A stretch of 64,000 bases of DNA from a virus: IMG/VR virus record IMGVR_UViG_3300013023_000001, positions 1 to 64,000 of that record; one strand, given 5' to 3'. Shown piece after piece: positions 36,721 through 44,091 of this stretch (positions within the stretch are counted from its first letter, which is position 1; every line of letters begins with the position of its first letter). The notes beneath the pieces were generated by a model. That model searched no databases. It had not been told where the DNA came from and saw nothing but the letters and a program-made list of their open reading frames with translations. The translations under genes and the position numbers were made by a program.

Positions 36721-36760
36721 AACCCCCAAGGATGATAAGTCCAAGGGGGTTTATTTTTAT
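36721..36760. terminator. bidirectional terminator at the convergence of the two arms
   Basis: An AACCCCC...GGGGGTT stem is flanked by a T-rich tract on both strands (TTATTTTTATTT on +, TTTCTTCGTTTT on -). Confidence 0.75.
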
Positions 36761-36997
36761 TTAAAATGGCAGTTGTTCAAAACTTTTAATGCTGGAGAAT
36801 TCAAAAGATCTCCAATCACCTTTCTTAATATCAAATGCAACAAGTAACCAACAAGGTTCACCATTGTTATGATACTCTGAAACTCCATAAGTTATGCTTG
36901 GAGTAACTACAGTACGAAGGGCAGTTTCACCCTTGTAGTTTGTATAAAGAAACGTTAACTCAGGAGTCTGAGTGCTTTCTACTGCTTCTGCGCTCAT
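36761..36997 (-). CDS. hypothetical protein (78 aa)
   Basis: Last gene of the leftward arm. No motif recognised. Confidence 0.55.
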   Translation of the reverse strand: MSAEAVESTQTPELTFLYTNYKGETALRTVVTPSITYGVSEYHNNGEPCWLLVAFDIKKGDWRSFEFSSIKSFEQLPF

Positions 36998-37394
36998 TAT
37001 TTTCCTCCGCAGTTTTTACTTTATGACAAGGTTTACATAGAACTTGAAACCCTTCAACTTCAACCAAAGCCCTATTAATAATCACATTCCAATCATTCTG
37101 AGAACTACCATCAGTCGGAATCAAAGGTTGTTTGTGGTCAACCTGAACTTCTTTAACAGGGAAATCTTCTCCACAGCAAGCACACTTATAATGCATAGCA
37201 TTACGTCCTGTCTTTGGATTGACTTTAACGCCAACCTGAGCCGCTCTAAGAGCGTCATACTTAACAGGCCACCTACTAGTCATACTTCTGATTGCAGACT
37301 TAATGAAGCTGTTATACCGAGCTTCTGTCCATCTCTCAGAGCATCTAGTAAGTGGTGCTTTGCTGCCAGTCATCTTCTTAGCAGACTTAGCCAA
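36960..37394 (-). CDS. HNH endonuclease
   Basis: HYKCACCGEDFPVKEVQVDHKQPL...NDWNVI...LCKPCHKVKT is an HNH/zinc motif. TTG start 5 nt after GGGAGGAA. Confidence 0.8.
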   Translation of the reverse strand: MAKSAKKMTGSKAPLTRCSERWTEARYNSFIKSAIRSMTSRWPVKYDALRAAQVGVKVNPKTGRNAMHYKCACCGEDFPVKEVQVDHKQPLIPTDGSSQNDWNVIINRALVEVEGFQVLCKPCHKVKTAEENNERRSSRKHSDS

Positions 37395-37550
37395 TTATTC
37401 CTCCCAATCTCTACGTTTTTCAACTCGATGAGAGGTTTTATATGTACGGGATTTATTACCTCGTTTATCCATCAGATGGTTCTTAATACGAACATTCCGA
37501 GTTGACTCACGAGTATCCATTTCTTCATAACGACTATAATCTACTTTCAT
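37395..37550 (-). CDS. small basic protein (51 aa)
   Basis: Not in the track (under 60 aa). Translation: MKVDYSRYEEMDTRESTRNVRIKNHLMDKRGNKSRTYKTSHRVEKRRDWEE. It fills the gap between neighbouring genes exactly. Confidence 0.45.
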   Translation of the reverse strand: MKVDYSRYEEMDTRESTRNVRIKNHLMDKRGNKSRTYKTSHRVEKRRDWEE

Positions 37551-37554
37551 GCTG

Positions 37555-38088
37555 TCATCCTTGACTGAAATTTTTAATAGTGTCCCTATCCCAAAAGATA
37601 ACTTCTTGTTTGTTTAGACGGGAAGGAAGCCATTCTAGTAAAACAGAACCTTTTGTATTCCCTTGTACTGGCTCCTGAGTATCTGCTCTGATAAAAGAGA
37701 CTCTTCCTCCAATGATAAAAATAATTCTATCACAAGATTCCTGAGCCTTCTTAAACCATCCTACAGATGTATCTGCTGGAACAAGTAATGTAGTTCCTAC
37801 ACCATGTTCTGTTTGGTTTGTAATTGCGAGATCTACCCAAGGAGTTATGTCAGAATATGGAGGATTACACCAAACCATTTTACCCCATTCATCAGAAAAA
37901 TCATAAGCGAAAGCGTTATCCTCTTCTGTTATGTAGTTTTCAACTAAATGATTATAATCAGAGGCAGCGATATCTAAAGAATATCTACCATCATAATTTA
38001 ATGTATCGAATAACCATTTAGGGGTTTGCCATAAATCTCTTATATCATGAGGGGTGTGACTTCCTCTATAATCAACTGTCATAACCAT
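37555..38088 (-). CDS. DNA N6-adenine methyltransferase (phage Dam-type)
   Basis: WQTPKWLFDTL...SLDIAASDYN...VWCNPPYSDITPWV; contains the NPPY catalytic motif. Confidence 0.85.
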   Translation of the reverse strand: MVMTVDYRGSHTPHDIRDLWQTPKWLFDTLNYDGRYSLDIAASDYNHLVENYITEEDNAFAYDFSDEWGKMVWCNPPYSDITPWVDLAITNQTEHGVGTTLLVPADTSVGWFKKAQESCDRIIFIIGGRVSFIRADTQEPVQGNTKGSVLLEWLPSRLNKQEVIFWDRDTIKNFSQG

Positions 38089-38927
38089 TCCTTGTCAAGC
38101 CAAGACCAATCGAACAAATCTTCTTGATGTTGTCCAACAAATAGCAGTCTGGCGTTCTCTAACATATTACATTCCCATTTTTCAGGAAACAGTTTCACAT
38201 ATTCCATACGAACTATATGATACATACCTTTTATGTCATAGCATGTATCTAAAAGCTTTCTAGCAGCTTTAGGGCCAACACCATGTCTCCACATAACTTC
38301 TTTACCGCCTCTGATAACTGGACGTCTTTCACCACACCCAATAATGTTATCAGTGCTATCGCCTATAAGCATTTGGTAGAAGAAATTTCTCCAAGCACTA
38401 ATTGTATCAACATAGTGAGGAGGTACTTCGGGTTGGTTTTCTCCGCAAGCCCATCTGTAATGCCATCCGGGAGTTACTAGTAAGTCTTTATCACGGGTAC
38501 AAATAATAGTGTTCTTTTGTAATCGTTGTCGTTCTGCTAGATAATCATCAGCCTCTCTACCATCAATAATAATATAAGGATAGTTTTCTTTGAGGTAATC
38601 ATTAACTGTTATCCAGTGGTGAGGTTTCTCAAGACCCTCTCGTTTACCTTTATACGGTTCGAGTGTTGCCTGTTCAAATCTAAAGTTACCTGTACCACTA
38701 AACACTAGGAATACGTTATAACAACTAGTGGCTTCTTTAATCCTATTGATTCTATCTTCAATCCTTTGATAGATAAATTCTGGATTAGCTGGAATTTTAG
38801 CTCCATCTAAGAAGGGATGATTAGTCTGTATAGCTCCTATTTCATACCTAAGAACATCGGCATCCACAAGAGCTATCGTGTAATCATAAGGAGTCTCCAT
38901 CTCCTGTGTATTCAATTGGCAATCCAT
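38079..38927 (-). CDS. 5'-3' exonuclease (T7 gp6 / FEN-like)
   Basis: Ordered motifs LEPYKGKRE, GREADDY, TRDKDLL and GDSTDNIIG match the T7 gp6/flap endonuclease pattern. Confidence 0.7.
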   Translation of the reverse strand: MDCQLNTQEMETPYDYTIALVDADVLRYEIGAIQTNHPFLDGAKIPANPEFIYQRIEDRINRIKEATSCYNVFLVFSGTGNFRFEQATLEPYKGKREGLEKPHHWITVNDYLKENYPYIIIDGREADDYLAERQRLQKNTIICTRDKDLLVTPGWHYRWACGENQPEVPPHYVDTISAWRNFFYQMLIGDSTDNIIGCGERRPVIRGGKEVMWRHGVGPKAARKLLDTCYDIKGMYHIVRMEYVKLFPEKWECNMLENARLLFVGQHQEDLFDWSWLDKEWL

Positions 38928-39474
38928 AGTCTTTTAACATCCTTGTTAAAGTTTCCAGAGTTTCCTCTAGTGTTCCATTGTTTTGAAGTTCTATGGTAGT
39001 AGCTTCTGGATGATATACATAATCCCTAGAATCACCTTCGAAAGAACAACCATTACGATATAGATGAACTACATAAACATCTACGCCCGCTTTGATTAAT
39101 GCGTCAGTCTCAGAATAAAAACCTCCATCACTAAAGACATAATCTCTAACAAAAGGTTTCATAGACTCCATAGTGTTAACTACTTTATTACCAAAATATT
39201 CTTTGCCGAAAAATGGTTTGATATAATCTTCACTAATAGAAATCATAAGATCTCTTACAGAACGATTTCCCCATTCTTCACGCTTTGTTTCTTTCCACTC
39301 CCTGTCTTTATACTTAGCAAGAAAATCTTGTTTAGTCATACCTAGAGTGGTAGCAGCTATCTCATAAATTGGGTCTTTGAATTCAAGCGAAGCGAATCCC
39401 CACATTTCTGCTGCCATGACACAGATAGTATCTTTGCCACTAGAAGGTGGCCCATTGAGAATAACTGCTATCAT
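38884..39474 (-). CDS. P-loop deoxynucleoside monophosphate kinase-like protein
   Basis: ILNGPPSSGKDT P-loop at the N-terminus, as in phage dNMP kinases. 196 aa. Confidence 0.6.
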   Translation of the reverse strand: MIAVILNGPPSSGKDTICVMAAEMWGFASLEFKDPIYEIAATTLGMTKQDFLAKYKDREWKETKREEWGNRSVRDLMISISEDYIKPFFGKEYFGNKVVNTMESMKPFVRDYVFSDGGFYSETDALIKAGVDVYVVHLYRNGCSFEGDSRDYVYHPEATTIELQNNGTLEETLETLTRMLKDYGLPIEYTGDGDSL

Positions 39475-39660
39475 TTATTCGCCTTCTTCTAATATCATTT
39501 GAGAAAGGGATTCATTAAGAACCCCTGCTAAAGCAATGGCTTCGGAGATATTATCGGTTTCTCCTTCTTTTACATCTTGTTGCTTATTGATAATCCAATA
39601 CTTCTGAACATACTTCACATAAACAACATCGTATAAAGTGAAAGACTTAATCACCCGCAT
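39475..39660 (-). CDS. hypothetical protein (61 aa)
   Basis: The ATG at 39660 overlaps the sigma-factor stop. No motif recognised. Confidence 0.45.
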   Translation of the reverse strand: MRVIKSFTLYDVVYVKYVQKYWIINKQQDVKEGETDNISEAIALAGVLNESLSQMILEEGE

Positions 39661-40294
39661 GAATTTCCATCTCCTCTGATGAGAAATGCCGTAAGGCAAT
39701 TGTCTCAAACTTTGTTTTGTGGTCTTTATATCTACGGTAAAATGTACCATGAGATATGTTTAATTTGGTCTGAACTTCATCGTGAGAGAATCCTAAGAAA
39801 ATTAAAGTGAACATATCACTAACTTTCTTATCACTAAATGACTCCTGTAAGTCCTCTAAGAAGAAATAAACACGAGCCTCAGTGAATGGGTCACCTACAC
39901 TATGACAACGGTTTACAGCCGTTTCCAGAGGCGTCTCATCACTATTAGGATTATCAAACATCATACTTTCAGTTAGTACATCAATACGACGTTCAAGCAT
40001 AGTATTACGATTAGAGCGAATTGACCAGATAATGTTTTTTACCTGATAAGTCATATTCTCTTGATGAGACGGCAGCATACGATAAATTCGTTCCTGACGT
40101 TCAAAAATAAATCTCCATACGTTAATGAAGATCTCTTGAGTAATATCCTCTGCTTCATGATAATCTTTTAAATCATACATAAAGAACTTGTGAACAACAC
40201 CCCAATTGCGCTTATAAAACTCTGTATAAGTATCTTTGTACTCAATCGGAATACCGTGAATACGATAACGGGTTGCTGTGGTTTTACCAGCCAT
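39647..40294 (-). CDS. phage-encoded ECF-like sigma factor
   Basis: Region 2-like HEAEDITQEIFINVWRF. Region 4-like helix-turn-helix FLGFSHDEVQTKLNISHGTFYRRYKDHKTKF. 215 aa. Confidence 0.75.
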   Translation of the reverse strand: MAGKTTATRYRIHGIPIEYKDTYTEFYKRNWGVVHKFFMYDLKDYHEAEDITQEIFINVWRFIFERQERIYRMLPSHQENMTYQVKNIIWSIRSNRNTMLERRIDVLTESMMFDNPNSDETPLETAVNRCHSVGDPFTEARVYFFLEDLQESFSDKKVSDMFTLIFLGFSHDEVQTKLNISHGTFYRRYKDHKTKFETIALRHFSSEEMEIHAGD

Positions 40295-40309
40295 ATGACC
40301 TCCATGTCA

Positions 40310-40495
40310 TTACCATTGCCAGATAATTTTATCAACGTCCAAGTCTACTATATGTATCCAATCTATAGAATTATATTCATCAGATATAAGTCTTTTAGCA
40401 TAACTAATTGCACAGTCTTCACTATGAAAAGATTCTCTTAAATCTTCCCAACCACCTTTAGGATTTTTACTGTCTCCAGAAAATACTAAAAACAT
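40310..40495 (-). CDS. hypothetical protein (61 aa)
   Basis: Tightly packed leftward ORF. No motif recognised. Confidence 0.5.
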   Translation of the reverse strand: MFLVFSGDSKNPKGGWEDLRESFHSEDCAISYAKRLISDEYNSIDWIHIVDLDVDKIIWQW

Positions 40496-40507
40496 GATTA
40501 ATTCCTT

Positions 40508-40852
40508 TTAAATCTGACTATCAGCCCATTCTATTGCTTTAAGGAGAACGTCTCCGTGACATTCTTTAGGCTTGCAATAACAAACTAGATCTCTTCCTTT
40601 CATATTAGCAAGTTCTTGTATTGTTATATGACCTATTTTTATTTCATTCCACAGCCAAGTTCTATATTTTGATATAGCAACTTCTCTGGAATATTTATCT
40701 AGGCTATAAACGTTTTGAAATTTAGATCCTTTCAAACCCCATTTATAATTAGGTCTACCTATATAAATTGAATCTTTAGGAACTTTGCAACCAAGATGAT
40801 AAAAATTTAATACCTTACCACTCTCCAATGATTCCAAATTGAACCTCACCAT
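40508..40852 (-). CDS. DUF4326-like protein
   Basis: IYIGRPN...KFQNVY...LVCYCKPKECHGDVL resembles the DUF4326 signature (C.C.P..CHGDVL). Based on recollection. Confidence 0.5.
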   Translation of the reverse strand: MVRFNLESLESGKVLNFYHLGCKVPKDSIYIGRPNYKWGLKGSKFQNVYSLDKYSREVAISKYRTWLWNEIKIGHITIQELANMKGRDLVCYCKPKECHGDVLLKAIEWADSQI

Positions 40853-41042
40853 TAGAAGGAAGATGAAAGATTGGATGCATTATTCTTTCCCATGAATGAG
40901 TAAACCTATTATAGACATTCCAGTTACCCAAATCATCCATTTTGAAAGTAGAAGACCAAGGAAAACCAAGCTCCTCAGGGTTTTCCCAAATAGCAACAAA
41001 TTGTCCATCAGTAGGCATTTGATCTTGAAATCTTAAAGCCAT
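40815..41042 (-). CDS. hypothetical protein (75 aa)
   Basis: Trp-rich small ORF, ATGA-coupled. No motif recognised. Confidence 0.5.
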   Translation of the reverse strand: MALRFQDQMPTDGQFVAIWENPEELGFPWSSTFKMDDLGNWNVYNRFTHSWERIMHPIFHLPSNGEVQFGIIGEW

Positions 41043-41305
41043 TATTGAATACCTCGCTCCTTAAGAGCATCAATTAAACCATTATGATTAGCTGCACAAA
41101 TGGTATACTCTTCCTGATACCAATCATTTACCGCTGATAGGCTAGTACCTGTAGGGCCAGCTAAGTCGGGTAAATCAATGTTGCACTTTTGTTTTAAGTT
41201 CACCGGTAAGGGCCTGTCTTGCTTGTTGCTGCCGTTCATTGAACAGGCTGACATACTTATCACTAGCACAGACATTAACGAAAACTGGATTAGTCGTTTC
41301 AACAT
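41042..41305 (-). CDS. o-spanin (Rz1-like outer-membrane lipoprotein), overlapped architecture
   Basis: Signal peptide plus lipobox-like VISMSAC. Pro-rich mature part (DRPLPVNL...DLPDLAGPTG). Starts inside the i-spanin gene in another frame and extends beyond it. Confidence 0.7.
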   Translation of the reverse strand: MLKRLIQFSLMSVLVISMSACSMNGSNKQDRPLPVNLKQKCNIDLPDLAGPTGTSLSAVNDWYQEEYTICAANHNGLIDALKERGIQ

Positions 41306-41543
41306 GCATCTCCTTGACTATATCTCTCGTGTTTTGTTTCCAATTACTCAGACTATCCAAGACTTTTCCTGCAACAGCTTGTGCTGCTTCATCCTGTTTC
41401 TGAGCTATCTGCTGAGAAATCTTCTCTTGTGCTAAAGCATCTTTATCTATGACAAGACCCTTAACATAATAGCCGCCACCAAAAGCAGCTAAAAACATTG
41501 CAAGATATAAAACTCTATCAATTGTCGCACTGTTTAATTGCAT
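41175..41543 (-). CDS. i-spanin (Rz-like)
   Basis: N-terminal TMD VLYLAMFLAAFGGGYYV, then a coiled coil (AQEKISQQIAQKQDEAAQAVAGK). Confidence 0.7.
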   Translation of the reverse strand: MQLNSATIDRVLYLAMFLAAFGGGYYVKGLVIDKDALAQEKISQQIAQKQDEAAQAVAGKVLDSLSNWKQNTRDIVKEMHVETTNPVFVNVCASDKYVSLFNERQQQARQALTGELKTKVQH

Positions 41544-41814
41544 CTAATTTCTCCTCTAATTCAAGAACTCTTTCAGTTAGTATTCTATTAACTTCTAGTT
41601 GTTCAGACAACGCTTCACTATTAGAAAAGGATACTTGTCTTTGCAGAGAGGATATATAGTTTTGCATTAAAGCTACTTGCTCTTCTTTATACCTAATTCT
41701 CGCTAAAAGCCATTTTACTTTCTGATCCTCAGTCGCAAGATGACGAGGAAGATGAAGATGAGGATGAGTCACAGCTACTACTCCAAGAGTCACTACTTGT
41801 AGAAGATTCACCAT
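41518..41814 (-). CDS. hypothetical coiled-coil protein (start uncertain)
   Basis: The C-terminal two thirds are convincingly helical (KVKWLLARIRYKEEQVALMQNYISSLQRQV...). The N-terminus overlaps 41729..41956 by 86 nt. Confidence 0.45.
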   Translation of the reverse strand: MVNLLQVVTLGVVAVTHPHLHLPRHLATEDQKVKWLLARIRYKEEQVALMQNYISSLQRQVSFSNSEALSEQLEVNRILTERVLELEEKLDAIKQCDN

Positions 41815-41956
41815 AATATCCAGAATAAATTAAACCATCGAGGACATTATTAGAAGTTGGTGTGCTAGTTAGGCTTAGGCGTCTTTTTGCTTGATTTCGA
41901 CGCATGTCAAGAGCCTCTGCTTGTTCCCATTCAGTTTGTGTAATTTTATTTTTCAT
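41729..41956 (-). CDS. hypothetical protein with poly-Ser C-terminus (75 aa)
   Basis: TAAGGAAAC SD directly after the terminator at 41971-42002. Ends ...SSCDSSSSSSSSSSCD. Confidence 0.45.
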   Translation of the reverse strand: MKNKITQTEWEQAEALDMRRNQAKRRLSLTSTPTSNNVLDGLIYSGYYGESSTSSDSWSSSCDSSSSSSSSSSCD

Positions 41957-41970
41957 ACAGTTTCCTTAAG

Positions 41971-42002
41971 AAAGAAAAAAGCCGCTAGATTTCTCTAGCA
42001 GC
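41971..42002 (-). terminator. Rho-independent terminator after the SSB gene
   Basis: Minus strand: GCTGCTAGA-GAAA-TCTAGCGGC followed by TTTTTTCTTT. Confidence 0.85.
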
Positions 42003-42018
42003 TTCCTATTATCCTATA

Positions 42019-42771
42019 TTAAAAAGGGACATCATCATTGAATTCCTGAGCTACTTCTGGCTCTTTATCTACTGTTTGTACAGCAGCTTTAGGCTCAGAC
42101 ATCTCAGTTGAAGAGGCTTTCTCAACCTCTTTTCCAGCGAGAGGAATGTTCTTAACATCAATTGCCTCAGACAGCAGGTTACGCTGGTAAGGGTAAATTT
42201 TGTTATAAGAAGCAACGTTCTCATCTGTAGTAGCATAAGGTTCGAAGAATACTAAGTCTGTACGAGCCTCACCTACACCAGAACGATATTTGCCTGGGAT
42301 TGGGTCAATACGAACAATCTTATTCTTAGTCTCTCCTGCTTTGTTAGTGTAGTTACCAATCGTGATATTAACTGGCTGGCCTAACAGAACATTCTTGAAC
42401 CAGTTCAAATCACCTTTAAGTGCTTGAATAGATGGGTCAATCATTTTACACAAATCCAACATACCAGAATTCTTAGCACGAGGATTAACAGGGTAAGTCT
42501 TAAACTGACAAGCTGGTTTAGTGTCCAGTGGCTTACCTTCCGAATCAACACCAGTAGCATCAATACCAATCAACTCGAAAGTTACATCAGCACGAAATGC
42601 AGGTTGCTTCTCTTTCACTTCACCTGTTTTAGGGTCTTTCCAAGGGTCTTGTTTATGGACACCTAGACCGATAAAACGAACAATACGAGCTTCATACTCA
42701 CCATCAGGGATAACGTTGTAAGTATTTTTCTTGAAAGAAGAGGTGGTGTTCATTTCTGGAATCATTGACAT
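42019..42771 (-). CDS. single-stranded DNA-binding protein
   Basis: The acidic C-terminal tail ending EFNDDVPF matches the SSB DDDIPF-type tip. 250 aa, located in the replication module. Confidence 0.65.
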   Translation of the reverse strand: MSMIPEMNTTSSFKKNTYNVIPDGEYEARIVRFIGLGVHKQDPWKDPKTGEVKEKQPAFRADVTFELIGIDATGVDSEGKPLDTKPACQFKTYPVNPRAKNSGMLDLCKMIDPSIQALKGDLNWFKNVLLGQPVNITIGNYTNKAGETKNKIVRIDPIPGKYRSGVGEARTDLVFFEPYATTDENVASYNKIYPYQRNLLSEAIDVKNIPLAGKEVEKASSTEMSEPKAAVQTVDKEPEVAQEFNDDVPF

Positions 42772-42881
42772 ATGATAATATCCTTATTTAATTGTGTCCA
42801 TCTTGGACAATTCAGTATTAACTTCTCATTGGAAGCATCTAGCAAAGCTAGCATATCAAAGCTAAGCTAAGCTATATGCTT

Positions 42882-42890
42882 TATCCATTA
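42882..42890 (-). promoter_or_regulatory. TAATGGATA: candidate phage-sigma promoter element
   Basis: One mismatch to TAATGTATA, which I recall as the phiEco32 gp36-dependent promoter motif. Lies 111 nt upstream of the SSB start. Confidence 0.25.
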
Positions 42891-42915
42891 TATAGACTAA
42901 GGTTAGAGTACCAGA

Positions 42916-43335
42916 TTAACGAGGAATAATTAAAGTTTCCTCTGAATAACCTGTACTTATTTGTTGTTGATTTTGAGGAGCAATTTCTACTCTATTTCTT
43001 CTATTAATGTGAAGAAGAGTATTAGATAATTCATCCTCTGTTGGAATTAATTCTGGACAATCATCTATCCAAATATCTGGATGAAACATCCTCTGAGAAG
43101 TGACTGTCTTTTTAGGTACTCCTTCACAGAAAATGATAGGAATACTAAGTTTATCAGAGTCTTGAAGAATATCTTCATTTGAAAAAGTAGATGGATGTTC
43201 ATGTCTAAAGGTTACGAATCTCACATCACAACCATTAGCTTTCATAAACAGAACTATATTAGCCCACATAGCTTTATCAGCGGTGAAGGTATCATCGTAA
43301 TCTAATGCTATTTTCAGAGGCTCAAATTTGTGCAT
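42916..43335 (-). CDS. HAD-superfamily phosphatase-like protein
   Basis: N-terminal ALDYDDTF is HAD motif I (DxDxT). 139 aa. Confidence 0.5.
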   Translation of the reverse strand: MHKFEPLKIALDYDDTFTADKAMWANIVLFMKANGCDVRFVTFRHEHPSTFSNEDILQDSDKLSIPIIFCEGVPKKTVTSQRMFHPDIWIDDCPELIPTEDELSNTLLHINRRNRVEIAPQNQQQISTGYSEETLIIPR

Positions 43336-43867
43336 TTCTGTTCATCCATCTATCTACTGTACTTCTTAAGTTATTCACCTGACCACTTAAAGATGTCAGC
43401 GTATCCACTGTTGTTAATCTATTTTCAATCTGATTTAAATCGAGAAGGGTTGTAGATTGTGGTCTAGTATCAAAGGATGATTCTCTACTTCTATGAGACA
43501 TGTACTGATTAAATTGTTCTGAAAAACGTCTATAATCATCTGTATTAAAAGGGTTTGAGTTTCTTGTCCTTTGCGAATTAATAGATCCAACAGTTACTCT
43601 TGCAATACCATCACTATCACTAATGGTCATTACATGATTGCCTATGTCTATAGTGCCTGTAGGATAGGCTCTGCTTTGATCATGAAATTCATCAGTACAC
43701 ATGTGTCCATGAAGGATTGAACCACAAATACGACACTTTTCAGGCTCGTCAAATAGCATGTCTTGTATGATCGACTCTTCCATCAGATATTCTGATATAG
43801 ACCTTACTGCTCGTTCAGAAGCAGTTAAATTGTCTGACATCTGTCTCGCAATTTGTTCTCTAGGCAT
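43322..43867 (-). CDS. hypothetical protein (181 aa)
   Basis: Contains a CRICGS...HGHMC metal-binding-like pair. No family recognised. Confidence 0.55.
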   Translation of the reverse strand: MPREQIARQMSDNLTASERAVRSISEYLMEESIIQDMLFDEPEKCRICGSILHGHMCTDEFHDQSRAYPTGTIDIGNHVMTISDSDGIARVTVGSINSQRTRNSNPFNTDDYRRFSEQFNQYMSHRSRESSFDTRPQSTTLLDLNQIENRLTTVDTLTSLSGQVNNLRSTVDRWMNRNAQI

Positions 43868-44082
43868 TAGGAATCTACCTCTTTAAGCTCTTTCATGATA
43901 CCTCCCATAAGACGAAGATGTTCATCAGCTTCTTTAGGGTTATGGTAAATCTTTTCAATCCACTTATGCTCTTTTCCGCTAGATACTTTATAAATATGAT
44001 AATAATAAGTCATTTTAAATATTCTCTTTATTAATATGACTATAAGGATGATTAATATATCAATCATCCGTACAGTAAACAT
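43867..44082 (-). CDS. hypothetical protein (71 aa; start uncertain)
   Basis: Hydrophobic N-terminus if translated from the first Met. ATGA-coupled to its neighbours. Confidence 0.45.
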   Translation of the reverse strand: MFTVRMIDILIILIVILIKRIFKMTYYYHIYKVSSGKEHKWIEKIYHNPKEADEHLRLMGGIMKELKEVDS

Positions 44083-44091
44083 AAATAAGTC

